Part shown: piece by piece, positions 1 to 8,410 of the stretch
Layout: every line of letters starts with the position of its first letter
Numbering within the stretch: position 1 is the stretch's first letter
Assembly (NCBI GenBank): GCA_028688955.1
Contig: JAQTXD010000004.1
Coordinates: 8,249-72,248, forward strand
DNA length: 64,000 bases
Reading direction: 5' to 3'
DNA from: Desulfuromonadaceae bacterium
GTDB taxonomy: Bacteria; Desulfobacterota; Desulfuromonadia; Geobacterales; Pseudopelobacteraceae
Program-made: the position numbers and the translations under genes
The notes under the pieces: model-generated
What the model saw: the letters and a program-made list of their open reading frames with translations, nothing else
What the model was told of the DNA's origin: nothing
Databases searched by the model: none

Positions 1-1114
1 TAATCCACTCCGTCGGAAAACGGACAATTGTACGGTTAAAAAGCTCCCGGGGAGCGATGATACAGTGGCGCTGAGTGCGGAGTTCCATGGATAGGTCCAG
101 AGGTTTCGCATCATTTTCGTCCTGCCATTCGTCATCATCCCATTCATCGATGTCAGATCCATCCAATGTTTCGTCCAGTTCTTCGAAGACCGTTTCCCAT
201 TTTTTCCAGGCAACATTATCTGAAACCGGCATAACAACCCCGGAAGCAGCATCGAACAGCATCTCTCCATGTATGACCGTTGTCGCCGGAAGCGGTGTCC
301 CGTCCGCAAAGGATCGGGAAATATGGACATCTGCGCCGCGGATATCAAAGATTATTCCGGCAGAGCACGGCGAGTCATTGCAATACGTAAGGGTCGTTTC
401 GACACCATCACCGGTGCGAAACACGATCGGGTAAAGTCCGTTGCTCATCTGGTGGAACACCCTGAAATAGCGTTCAGTCGACTCATAAAAATAATGTGAC
501 GCCAGAAAACGCGCAAGTTCCGTTGGCAGACCGTGGGATGTCCAGCCGTATACCGTTTCATCTCCACGTCTAATACTGCCGCGAACGCTGTTGCCCTGTC
601 CGCTCTGCTCAATCAGAAGTCGATATTTGGGGAGTTTTGTCCTGGCTGGAGCGGGCAGATTCACCGCCGCTTTTATAAGAGAAAGCGGTGTCCCCGCTGT
701 TGTGTGAGCGGGGGGTGTCTGGGTGCCAGGCCCCTGTTCAATGAAGCGTCGCATATCCTGAAGCATTTGCTGGTTAAAGCGGATCTGTGTCAGGCTTTCC
801 GGTGAGATCACCCGCTTGAGCGTTGCCCAGGCAATTACCACGTGGGGACAATTCCGGGCCGGTTGCCACAGATAGCAGGTGCAGGTGGTTAAAAGCCGGC
901 TACCGTCGAGAAGAAGTGTCGTCCGGGCGCCACCGGAAAATCGGACAACCAGCGCTGATTTATCCTGATTGAAGAGCGCTGTTACGAGGGTGTTCCCTTT
1001 GCACGCTTCAAAGCCGGAGATCAGATGACTTTTGGCAGCGACCGAGTAAATGTCATTGGAACTATAACCCTTTATTTTTTCCAGAAGCGGCGAAGTGGTG
1101 GACGGTTGATCCAT
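1..1114 (-). CDS. SWIM zinc-finger protein, N-terminal 371 codons (C-terminus lies off the left edge). Possibly the N-terminal region of an SNF2-helicase-associated protein.
   Basis: Not in the supplied ORF track because it has no stop inside the window. Frame checked by hand: ATG at 1112-1114, in-frame upstream stop at 1118-1120, and no TTA/CTA/TCA triplet in that frame down to position 2. Translation starts MDQPSTTSPLLEKIKGYSS and contains CTCYLWQPARNCPH, a CxC-x(n)-CxH SWIM signature. Confidence 0.6.
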   Translation of the reverse strand, partial: MDQPSTTSPLLEKIKGYSSNDIYSVAAKSHLISGFEACKGNTLVTALFNQDKSALVVRFSGGARTTLLLDGSRLLTTCTCYLWQPARNCPHVVIAWATLKRVISPESLTQIRFNQQMLQDMRRFIEQGPGTQTPPAHTTAGTPLSLIKAAVNLPAPARTKLPKYRLLIEQSGQGNSVRGSIRRGDETVYGWTSHGLPTELARFLASHYFYESTERYFRVFHQMSNGLYPIVFRTGDGVETTLTYCNDSPCSAGIIFDIRGADVHISRSFADGTPLPATTVIHGEMLFDAASGVVMPVSDNVAWKKWETVFEELDETLDGSDIDEWDDDEWQDENDAKPLDLSMELRTQRHCIIAPRELFNRTIVRFPTEWI

Positions 1115-1257
1115 GGTCTAGTCCTGTATGCTCAGGTTGTGCCAGTGTGTATTGTTCAGCTTTTTGGGGGATCGATAGTACTATGATTTACCGGTGAGAT
1201 ACAGACAAAGAATATGCACCAATTTATTTTCCTGTTTCTGCCGCTGCTGTTGGCCAC

Positions 1258-2238
1258 TCACCCGCTCCACATAAGTGCCGCCCACCATGCAGCTACGACT
1301 GTGATTCCGGAGAAAGCCGCCAGGAGGAGATTGAGAATGGTCCCGGGGCGCCCGTATTTCCCCACCAGGAATTCCACTTCTACCCCCAGAAATATGCCGG
1401 TAAAAAAACCGAACAGGTGCGCGCCGAGGTCGGTATTTTCCCCTTCGGTACCAAGAATAGCCAGCAGCGCCAATCCGGCTGCAACCGGGATGAACCAGCG
1501 TCTCCGCATATGCTGGCGATCGCGCACAATGCTGATCGCCGCCAGAATTCCCACCGCACCGAACACCGCGGTAGAGGCGCCGACCGAGCGGTGATCAGGT
1601 GACTGAACCCAGGCATTGATCGCATTGCCGATGGTTCCGGAGGCCAGCAGCAGGCTCCAGGCCAGTCCGGAGCCGAGATCCCGGCAGAGCAGCAGAATAA
1701 AGGTCCCGCCGATTGCCAGATTGCTGATCAGGTGTACCGGGCCTGCGTGCAGGGTCAGGGCCGTTACGCACTGCCACCACTGGCCGGCCCTGATGCTTGA
1801 CGCGTGGGCAGTGCCCAGTTCCTGCAGGTCGAGTATGCCATGTCCGGGAAGTGAAAGGCCGATAAGAGTCAGGTTATGGAAGGTTGCCAGCAGGATCAAT
1901 ATCGATACCGTTGGCAGGGTGTTTTCGACCAGTCGACGTGCCGTCGGGGCCGGAGGCGGCCAGTTCCGGTTCGCTTCTTCATACAGACGCAGTTCACGGC
2001 GGGCACTTTCCAGATGGTATTCCGGCACCAGCAGTCGCCAGGCGGTTCCGTCGGATTCAATGCTGCAGGGTATGGCGCGGGAATCCAGCACGAGCGCCCA
2101 GGAGTGCGCCTGCTGTCTGGTCAGAACGACGCTGCCGTTCGACAAAGACACCGGATGCCAGGCGATTTTGACCTCTTCACTCTCTGTTGCGAAAAAATCC
2201 ATACAGCGACTATAAGCACGGGATTCAATAAATGCCAC
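1258..2238 (-). CDS. Rhomboid-family intramembrane serine protease
   Basis: 326-aa ORF. The C-terminal half is polytopic and carries HAGPVHLISN (HxxxN) and GASTAVFG (GxSxxxxG) rhomboid signatures. A soluble N-terminal domain of about 100 aa precedes it. The start is GTG; an alternative ATG lies at 2202. Confidence 0.8.
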   Translation of the reverse strand: MAFIESRAYSRCMDFFATESEEVKIAWHPVSLSNGSVVLTRQQAHSWALVLDSRAIPCSIESDGTAWRLLVPEYHLESARRELRLYEEANRNWPPPAPTARRLVENTLPTVSILILLATFHNLTLIGLSLPGHGILDLQELGTAHASSIRAGQWWQCVTALTLHAGPVHLISNLAIGGTFILLLCRDLGSGLAWSLLLASGTIGNAINAWVQSPDHRSVGASTAVFGAVGILAAISIVRDRQHMRRRWFIPVAAGLALLAILGTEGENTDLGAHLFGFFTGIFLGVEVEFLVGKYGRPGTILNLLLAAFSGITVVAAWWAALMWSG

Positions 2239-2384
2239 GTCTCCGTAAAAAAAGTAATGTGACAGAATAAATCGGGCTCACACAGGGCGAACCTCAAATA
2301 TTGTGAGCACGTATTGAACAAGCGCTGATATAAGGTATAGTCACGTCTTACCGTATTCATTTTGCCGGCACAAGGATTCGAGTT

Positions 2385-3500
2385 ATGCGCTCTCAGTCAC
2401 CCCTCTCCAGGATCCTTCTCTTTACCTGTCTCGTGTTGCTCTGTGCCTGCAACAAACAGGAACCGGTACGTCTCGGCTTCATCGGAGGGCTTACCGGCAA
2501 GGTTGCAGATCTCGGCGTGGCCGGTCGCAACGGTGTCCAGCTGGCCATTGAACAGCGTAACGCGGCCGGGGGAATTAATGGACATCCTGTTGAGCTGATC
2601 GTCAGAGATGACGAGCAGAACCCGGATACCGCCAGGCGCGTAGCGGGAGAGCTGATTCGTGAGAATATAGAGCTGATTATCGGCCCGATGACAAGCAGTA
2701 TTGCCATGGCTGTCCTTCCGCAAATCAACGCTTCCAAAAGTATCCTGCTGAGTCCGACCGTGACGACGACGGAGCTCTCCGGTAAGGACGATAATTTTCT
2801 CCGGGTCATCGGCGCGACCACCAGCTACGCCGCCAAGAACGCCCGTTTTCTGTTCGAGAAGCGTGGTGTCCGCACGGTTGCCGTCATTTATGACATCAAC
2901 AACGCATCATATACCGAAAGCTGGCTTACTAATTTTCGCGCTGCATTCACATCCCTCGGTGGAAAAATTGTCCTGATTAAAAAGTATCCGTCGAACAAAG
3001 ACACCGTTTTTCAGCCACTGGTCGTGGATCTGCTGGCCGCAAAAGCTGACTCCGTACTGATAATCAGCAATGCTGTTGATTCCGCCATGATCTGCCAGCA
3101 GATTCACAAGATTGCGCCGGGCCAGCGCATTGCCATGTCGGAATGGGCATCCACGGAGCGTTTTATTGAACTGGCCGGGACGGCGGCTGAAGGAGTCGTG
3201 GTGTCCCAGTTTCTTGACAGGAACGACACATCGCAGCGGTTTCGGGATTTTATCACGGCGTATCGCAGCCGTTTCAACCAGGACCCCGGTTTTGCCGGTG
3301 TTGCCGGTTATGACGCGGCACTGGTTGCGCTTGACGCCATAACCCTGTGCAGTAAAGGTGCGAGTCTCAAGGATACTATCATTACAAAAAAGAGCTTTCC
3401 CGGACTTCAGCAGCCGCAGAACTTTGACCGCTTCGGTGATGCAAGCCGTAAGACCTTTGTCAGTGTCATCAAAGGAAATCAGTACAGTACTGCGGAGTAA
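2385..3500 (+). CDS. Periplasmic ligand-binding lipoprotein, PBP type 1 (LivK/AmiC-like Leu/Ile/Val-binding family)
   Basis: 371 aa. The signal peptide has a lipobox-like LLCAC. The sequence RLGFIGGLTGKVADLGVAGRNGVQLAIEQRNAAGGINGHPVELIVRDD is typical of ABC-type branched-chain amino-acid/amide binding proteins. The stop lies 2 nt before the kinase start. Confidence 0.8.
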   Translation: MRSQSPLSRILLFTCLVLLCACNKQEPVRLGFIGGLTGKVADLGVAGRNGVQLAIEQRNAAGGINGHPVELIVRDDEQNPDTARRVAGELIRENIELIIGPMTSSIAMAVLPQINASKSILLSPTVTTTELSGKDDNFLRVIGATTSYAAKNARFLFEKRGVRTVAVIYDINNASYTESWLTNFRAAFTSLGGKIVLIKKYPSNKDTVFQPLVVDLLAAKADSVLIISNAVDSAMICQQIHKIAPGQRIAMSEWASTERFIELAGTAAEGVVVSQFLDRNDTSQRFRDFITAYRSRFNQDPGFAGVAGYDAALVALDAITLCSKGASLKDTIITKKSFPGLQQPQNFDRFGDASRKTFVSVIKGNQYSTAE

Positions 3501-3502
3501 CA

Positions 3503-6121
3503 ATGTCTATTCAGCCGTTACGCCGAATTCTCGTGTTCCAGTCTGCCGCGGCAATTATTCTGCCGTTTGCGGTAGTGCTTTTTTTCGGTCTTCTCTGGGC
3601 AGTACCCCAGGTCAGAAAAGATGCCGGGACACGCCAGGTTCAACTTGCCAATATTGTCGGCATGCAGGTGGAGAGATACCTTGAAACCGGTGCGGCTATT
3701 GTCAGAGCTGCCGGTGCAATGCCGCGCGGTGATCAGCAGTACCTTACGTCCCTCCTCGATTCGACCGATTCGTTGAGCAGTCTGTACGAAATATCTGCTG
3801 ATGGTACGGTAACCCTGGCCGCACTTCACAAAAATCATCGTGCTCATCTGAACGATCAGATCGGCCTCAATCTCTCTCGCAACCCTCTATTCCTTGACGT
3901 AATGAAGTATAATAAACCGCGCTGGTCAAAAATATTTCTTTCGGTGGTCGGTGGGGGGCTGGTCGCTGCGTACGGCGTCCCGGGGGATGGTGTAACAGTC
4001 ATTGGTGAAATTGACCTGGCACATCTTATTACGTTTCTCAAGCTTATCAGCACAGAAAACGAACTGCTTATTCTTATCGTTGACCATAACGGTCAGGTCA
4101 TTGCCGATAACAGTGGGCGCTTCACGGCGCAACAACTGAACATTGGAAATCACCCGCTGGTTCGTGACGGGATATCGACAGATGCTCCGACTACCGGACG
4201 GTTTGACTTCTCCGGAACAGCCATGACCGGGAGCATGATTCAAATCCAGAGTGTGGACTGGCATGTCATTGTTGCTAAGGCGAATTCATCTCTCTATCGT
4301 ACTCCGCTGTCGGTCACGCTGATTGTGTTGTCCGGAATACTGATCGCTGTCTGCTGCGGTATTTTCGCTTCTGTTTATCTGGCTCGCAAGCTGTCAAGGC
4401 GCTTTAACGACCTTGCACATCTTGCTCAGGATATTGCTCAAGGGGGCAATCCTGACAATTGGCCCACCTCGGCAATTTCAGAATTTAATCAGCTGTCTGA
4501 AAATCTGCAGGTGATGGCAACTGAACTGCGCAGGCAGGACATGATAATGCGGGAGAGCGAGGAGCGCTATCGTACACTGGTTGATAACATCCCGCTTGGA
4601 ATTGCTCTCATTGATTGTGACTATAAAATAATCATGGTGAATACAACTCAGGCGGCACTGTTTGCCCACTCCAGAGAGTGGTTCATTGGTCGTAATTGTT
4701 ATGACACGTTCGAAAAGCGAGATGAAACCTGTCCGCATTGCCCGCGATCACATTCACTTGCTACCGGTAGTGTTGCCCAGACTGAGACGGAAGTAACAAA
4801 GGCAGACGGTCGCACAATTGCGGTTCGGATCAGTTCCGTACCGCTTTTCGGGCCATCCGGGGAGTCAACCGGCTTTATCGAGGTGCTTGAAGATATTACG
4901 GACACAAAGCGCGCCGAAGAAGAAAAACTGACGCTGGAAAAACAGCTCCTCCATGCCCAGAAACTGGAAAGTCTCGGGGTACTGGCAGGAGGCATCGCTC
5001 ACGATTTCAACAATATCCTTACCGCCATCATCGGCAATGCCGACCTGGCTCTGATGCGGCTCAACAGGGAATCTCCGGCAGTTGACAACCTGCATCGTAT
5101 TGAACAGGCGGCATCCCGGGCTGCCGATCTTGCCAGGCAGATGCTCGCATATTCGGGAAAGGGGAAGTTTGTCGTTGAGAACATCAACCTGAATATCCTC
5201 CTCGAAGAGATGCTGCATATGCTGGAAGTTTCGATTTCAAAAAAGGCGGTGCTGCGACTCAACACACATCAGCAACTTCCACTGGTGGAGGCAGATGCCA
5301 CCCAGATGCGCCAGATCATTATGAACCTGGTGATCAATGCCTCGGAAGCGATCGGCGACAAAAGCGGTGTCATTGCCATTACCACCGGCTGCATGGAGTG
5401 CGACCGGAGTTATTTGAAAGATGTCTGGCTTGATGAAAATCTTATCAATGGCCTGTATGTCTACCTTGAAATAGTCGATAACGGTTGCGGTATGAATCGT
5501 GAAACACTGGCAAAGCTGTTCGATCCCTTCTACACAACCAAATTTACCGGCAGAGGTCTGGGAATGGCGGCGGTACTCGGCATCGTGCGGGGGCATAAGG
5601 GAGCGATCAAGGTCTACAGCGAGGTGGGCAAAGGAACCTCTTTCAAAATTCTGCTGCCTGCATCAGGTAAACCGGCGGAGATTTTTAACGGAGCCTCACC
5701 CCCTGATAATTGGCATGGGACCGGTACGGTGCTGCTGGTTGACGATGAGGAAACCATTCGCGCCATCGGAGCCGAAATGCTGAGGGTACTCGGGTTTACG
5801 ACGATAACGGCAGAGGATGGACGAGCGGGACTGAACGCCTATACGGAGAATCCGGGTATTAGTTTTGTTATCCTCGACCTGACCATGCCGCATATGGATG
5901 GTGAACAGTGTTACAGTGAGTTGCGGCGGCTGAATCCTGACGTCAAAGTAATCATATCCAGCGGCTACAACGAGCAGGAGGTTACACAGAAATTTATCGG
6001 TAAGGGACTGGCCGGATTTGTCCAGAAACCGTACAAGCTGAGTGTCCTCAAAGAGGTAATCAGGAATATCTCTCCATCGTGCACGCTCACTACACAGGAG
6101 GATTGCGATGACCGTACATAG
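3503..6121 (+). CDS. Hybrid sensor histidine kinase (TM, periplasmic Cache-like domain, TM, HAMP, PAS, HisKA, HATPase_c, receiver)
   Basis: 872 aa. Two hydrophobic segments flank a sensor region of about 250 aa. PAS segment: YRTLVDNIPLGIALID. H-box: GGIAHDFNNILTAIIGNADLAL. G-box: FTGRGLGMAAVLGIV. C-terminal receiver: VLLVDDEE...ILDLTMPHMDG...KP. Confidence 0.85.
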   Translation: MSIQPLRRILVFQSAAAIILPFAVVLFFGLLWAVPQVRKDAGTRQVQLANIVGMQVERYLETGAAIVRAAGAMPRGDQQYLTSLLDSTDSLSSLYEISADGTVTLAALHKNHRAHLNDQIGLNLSRNPLFLDVMKYNKPRWSKIFLSVVGGGLVAAYGVPGDGVTVIGEIDLAHLITFLKLISTENELLILIVDHNGQVIADNSGRFTAQQLNIGNHPLVRDGISTDAPTTGRFDFSGTAMTGSMIQIQSVDWHVIVAKANSSLYRTPLSVTLIVLSGILIAVCCGIFASVYLARKLSRRFNDLAHLAQDIAQGGNPDNWPTSAISEFNQLSENLQVMATELRRQDMIMRESEERYRTLVDNIPLGIALIDCDYKIIMVNTTQAALFAHSREWFIGRNCYDTFEKRDETCPHCPRSHSLATGSVAQTETEVTKADGRTIAVRISSVPLFGPSGESTGFIEVLEDITDTKRAEEEKLTLEKQLLHAQKLESLGVLAGGIAHDFNNILTAIIGNADLALMRLNRESPAVDNLHRIEQAASRAADLARQMLAYSGKGKFVVENINLNILLEEMLHMLEVSISKKAVLRLNTHQQLPLVEADATQMRQIIMNLVINASEAIGDKSGVIAITTGCMECDRSYLKDVWLDENLINGLYVYLEIVDNGCGMNRETLAKLFDPFYTTKFTGRGLGMAAVLGIVRGHKGAIKVYSEVGKGTSFKILLPASGKPAEIFNGASPPDNWHGTGTVLLVDDEETIRAIGAEMLRVLGFTTITAEDGRAGLNAYTENPGISFVILDLTMPHMDGEQCYSELRRLNPDVKVIISSGYNEQEVTQKFIGKGLAGFVQKPYKLSVLKEVIRNISPSCTLTTQEDCDDRT
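4892..6040. repeat. Copy 1 of a ~1.15-kb paralogous duplication (transmitter plus receiver module of the kinases)
   Basis: Colinear with 9679-10827 at a constant offset of 4787 nt. A hand-counted 60-nt sample (4981-5040 vs 9768-9827) gave 50/60 identical. The protein modules look more than 80 percent identical by eye. Confidence 0.8.
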
Positions 6122-6785
6122 CGCAGATCGTGCTCTGGAAGCCTATCTGAAGGCACTTTTCGATACTGATAAACCAACTGCACTGAGGATTGTCCAGAAC
6201 GCGCTTGACGGTGGGATGACTCCCGAGAAGGTCGTTTTCGACATCATTATCCCGGGCATGGAGCGGATGGTTGGCGGGATGATTTCCGACAATCTGGTTA
6301 CGCTGTCCCAACATTTTCTGGCGGCGCAGATCGCTGAGGAGGTTGTTGACCGGCTGATTCCCCTGTTTGCATCTGTCCCCAAAATTCGCGGCCACGTCGT
6401 CATCGGCACCAGTCACGGCGATTTTCACGGACTTGGCAAGAAGATCGTCATCGGCTGCCTGCGGGCCAGTATGTTTGAAATTACCGATCTGGGAATTAAT
6501 GTCAACCCGGAGCGTTTTGTTGATGAGGCGGTTGCCGCTGGCGCAGAGGTTATCGCCATATCCTCCATGATGGTTCACACCGCTACCGGGGAGTTCGGAG
6601 CGAAGCAGGTGCGCCGGATTCTTAAGAGCCGCGGGCTGGAGGGGAGGCTACGCATCATTGTCGGCGGTGCACCATACCGTTTTCATGACAACCTGTTTCG
6701 TGAGGTCGGGGCTGATGCCTGGGCTGACAGTGCAGCGGAGGCGCCTGCCGTTGTGGCACGTCTGGTGCGAGAGGTGCGATCATGA
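6108..6785 (+). CDS. Corrinoid (cobalamin)-binding protein, MtaC/MtbC-like methyltransferase cognate corrinoid protein
   Basis: 225 aa with an N-terminal helical cap plus a Rossmann B12-binding domain. DxHxxG is present as GDFHGLG, and the downstream GG motif as IVGGAP. AGGAGGA RBS at 6096-6102. Overlaps the kinase stop by 14 nt. Confidence 0.8.
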   Translation: MTVHSADRALEAYLKALFDTDKPTALRIVQNALDGGMTPEKVVFDIIIPGMERMVGGMISDNLVTLSQHFLAAQIAEEVVDRLIPLFASVPKIRGHVVIGTSHGDFHGLGKKIVIGCLRASMFEITDLGINVNPERFVDEAVAAGAEVIAISSMMVHTATGEFGAKQVRRILKSRGLEGRLRIIVGGAPYRFHDNLFREVGADAWADSAAEAPAVVARLVREVRS

Positions 6786-7813
6786 GCATCGGTATGGAGC
6801 GTTTCGGGGCACTGATGAGCGGTCAGATACCGGACCGGGTACCGATAATCTGCAACCTGCTCGATCAAGGCGCACAGGAATTAGGAATTTCGCTGCGTGA
6901 GTATTATTCCCGGGGTGACTTTGTTGCTGAGGGGCAGCTGCGCATGCGTGAAAAATACGGGTATGATACCCTGTTGGGGATGTTCTACTCAGCCCTGGAG
7001 GCGGAGATACTCGGCTGCAAGAGCATAGTCTATGCTGCTGATGGGCCTCCCAATGTCGGCCACCTGGTTATCCGCACGCCGGAAGATATCAAAAAGCTGC
7101 AACTGCCGGAGGAGTTGAATGAACATCCGCGTTTCCGTGAACTTGCAGCCTGTATCGGGATCATGAAGCGGGAATCGGCCGGGCGTTGGCCGGTGCTTGG
7201 TGTCGTGACGGCGTCGTTCTCATTGCCGGCCATGCTGATGGGTATCGGCCAATGGCTGGATCTTTTTCTGAGTGGCGACCCGCGGTTGCGTGACCAGCTT
7301 CTGGAACTCTGCTCTCATTTTTGTTCCCGCCAGATCGCCGCACTGCGCGAGGCGGGTGCCGATCTCATTGTCTATGTGAATCCGGTGGCATCGGCGACCT
7401 TCATTCCGCCGCACAAATCCCGGGAGCTGGCGCTTCCCTGGGTGATTAAGGACCTGGAGCAGCAGGGTCCTGCCGGCGTGGTGTTCTTCAACGGCGGAGG
7501 CCGGATTAATCCGATCCTGGCCGACCTGCAGACGGATACCGGAATCGGTGCCTATTATCTTAATCCGTTTGATGATATCATCGAAGCACGGCGCATTCTG
7601 GGGCCCCAGGCGCTGATTGCCGGAGCAATCAACGATATCAGGCTCATAGACTGGACTCCGGACGAAATCGATCAGGAAGTGGAGCGGATCATGGGGGCCG
7701 GAAAGCAGGGGGGCGGCTTTCTTTTCGGTACGTTGTTGATGCCATACCGGATTCCCGAAGACAACATAAGGGCGCTGGTGGACGCGGCCATCAAACATGG
7801 CAGCTATGCATAG
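6782..7813 (+). CDS. Uroporphyrinogen-decarboxylase (URO-D) family protein, MtaA/CmuA-like methyltransferase
   Basis: 343 aa. The N-terminus ERFGALMSGQIPDRVPIICNLL resembles MtaA/MtbA-type proteins. ATGA overlap with the corrinoid gene. I could not see the HxC...C zinc site expected for thiol-methylating MtaA enzymes (see findings). Confidence 0.7.
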   Translation: MSIGMERFGALMSGQIPDRVPIICNLLDQGAQELGISLREYYSRGDFVAEGQLRMREKYGYDTLLGMFYSALEAEILGCKSIVYAADGPPNVGHLVIRTPEDIKKLQLPEELNEHPRFRELAACIGIMKRESAGRWPVLGVVTASFSLPAMLMGIGQWLDLFLSGDPRLRDQLLELCSHFCSRQIAALREAGADLIVYVNPVASATFIPPHKSRELALPWVIKDLEQQGPAGVVFFNGGGRINPILADLQTDTGIGAYYLNPFDDIIEARRILGPQALIAGAINDIRLIDWTPDEIDQEVERIMGAGKQGGGFLFGTLLMPYRIPEDNIRALVDAAIKHGSYA

Positions 7814-7822
7814 GGATGGCGT

Positions 7823-8410
7823 ATGAGTGAGGTGGAACGATTAATCGGCTGCGGTATTCTTGGCAAGGAGATTCGTTATCTGGCCGAAAAAAACGGCTGG
7901 AATCTGGCGATGACGTTTCTCCCCTCCGGCCTGCACGTAGACTTTGGAAAACTTCGCATTTCTCTGGAAAAAACGTTACAATTTCATGCCGGTGAGGCTG
8001 CCGTTGTATTTTACGGTGCCTGTCATCCCTGCATGGAGCATATTCTGGATGCTGCCCATGTTATCCGCACCGCGGGCCAGAATTGCGTTGATATCTACCT
8101 GGGACACGAGATGTTCTGTCGCGAGCTGGAGCAGGGCGCGTTTTTTTTGTTTGAAGATTGGGCGCTGCACTGGGACACTATTGTCGGTGCTGTTATCCCG
8201 GGCAGCCCGGAAATAATGCGGAGCATTTTCCGCGGTGCCCATACCTATATACTGGCGATTCGCACCCCCTGCTCGGCTGATTTCAGTGCTGAGGCGGAGG
8301 CCGTGAGCGCCATGACGACACTTGACCTGCGCTGGGTAGACGTAGGGCTTGAACATCTCGAAGCAAATCTTGTGGAGACGCTTTTCCGCGCTAAGGCAGG
8401 AGCACAATGA
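7823..8410 (+). CDS. DUF1638-like protein (family usually found beside corrinoid methyltransferase genes)
   Basis: 195 aa. Recognised from memory of the family (about 200 aa, conserved Cys/His-containing segments such as FYGACHPCMEHIL) and from its classical position after a corrinoid/URO-D pair. Needs HMM confirmation. Confidence 0.55.
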   Translation: MSEVERLIGCGILGKEIRYLAEKNGWNLAMTFLPSGLHVDFGKLRISLEKTLQFHAGEAAVVFYGACHPCMEHILDAAHVIRTAGQNCVDIYLGHEMFCRELEQGAFFLFEDWALHWDTIVGAVIPGSPEIMRSIFRGAHTYILAIRTPCSADFSAEAEAVSAMTTLDLRWVDVGLEHLEANLVETLFRAKAGAQ

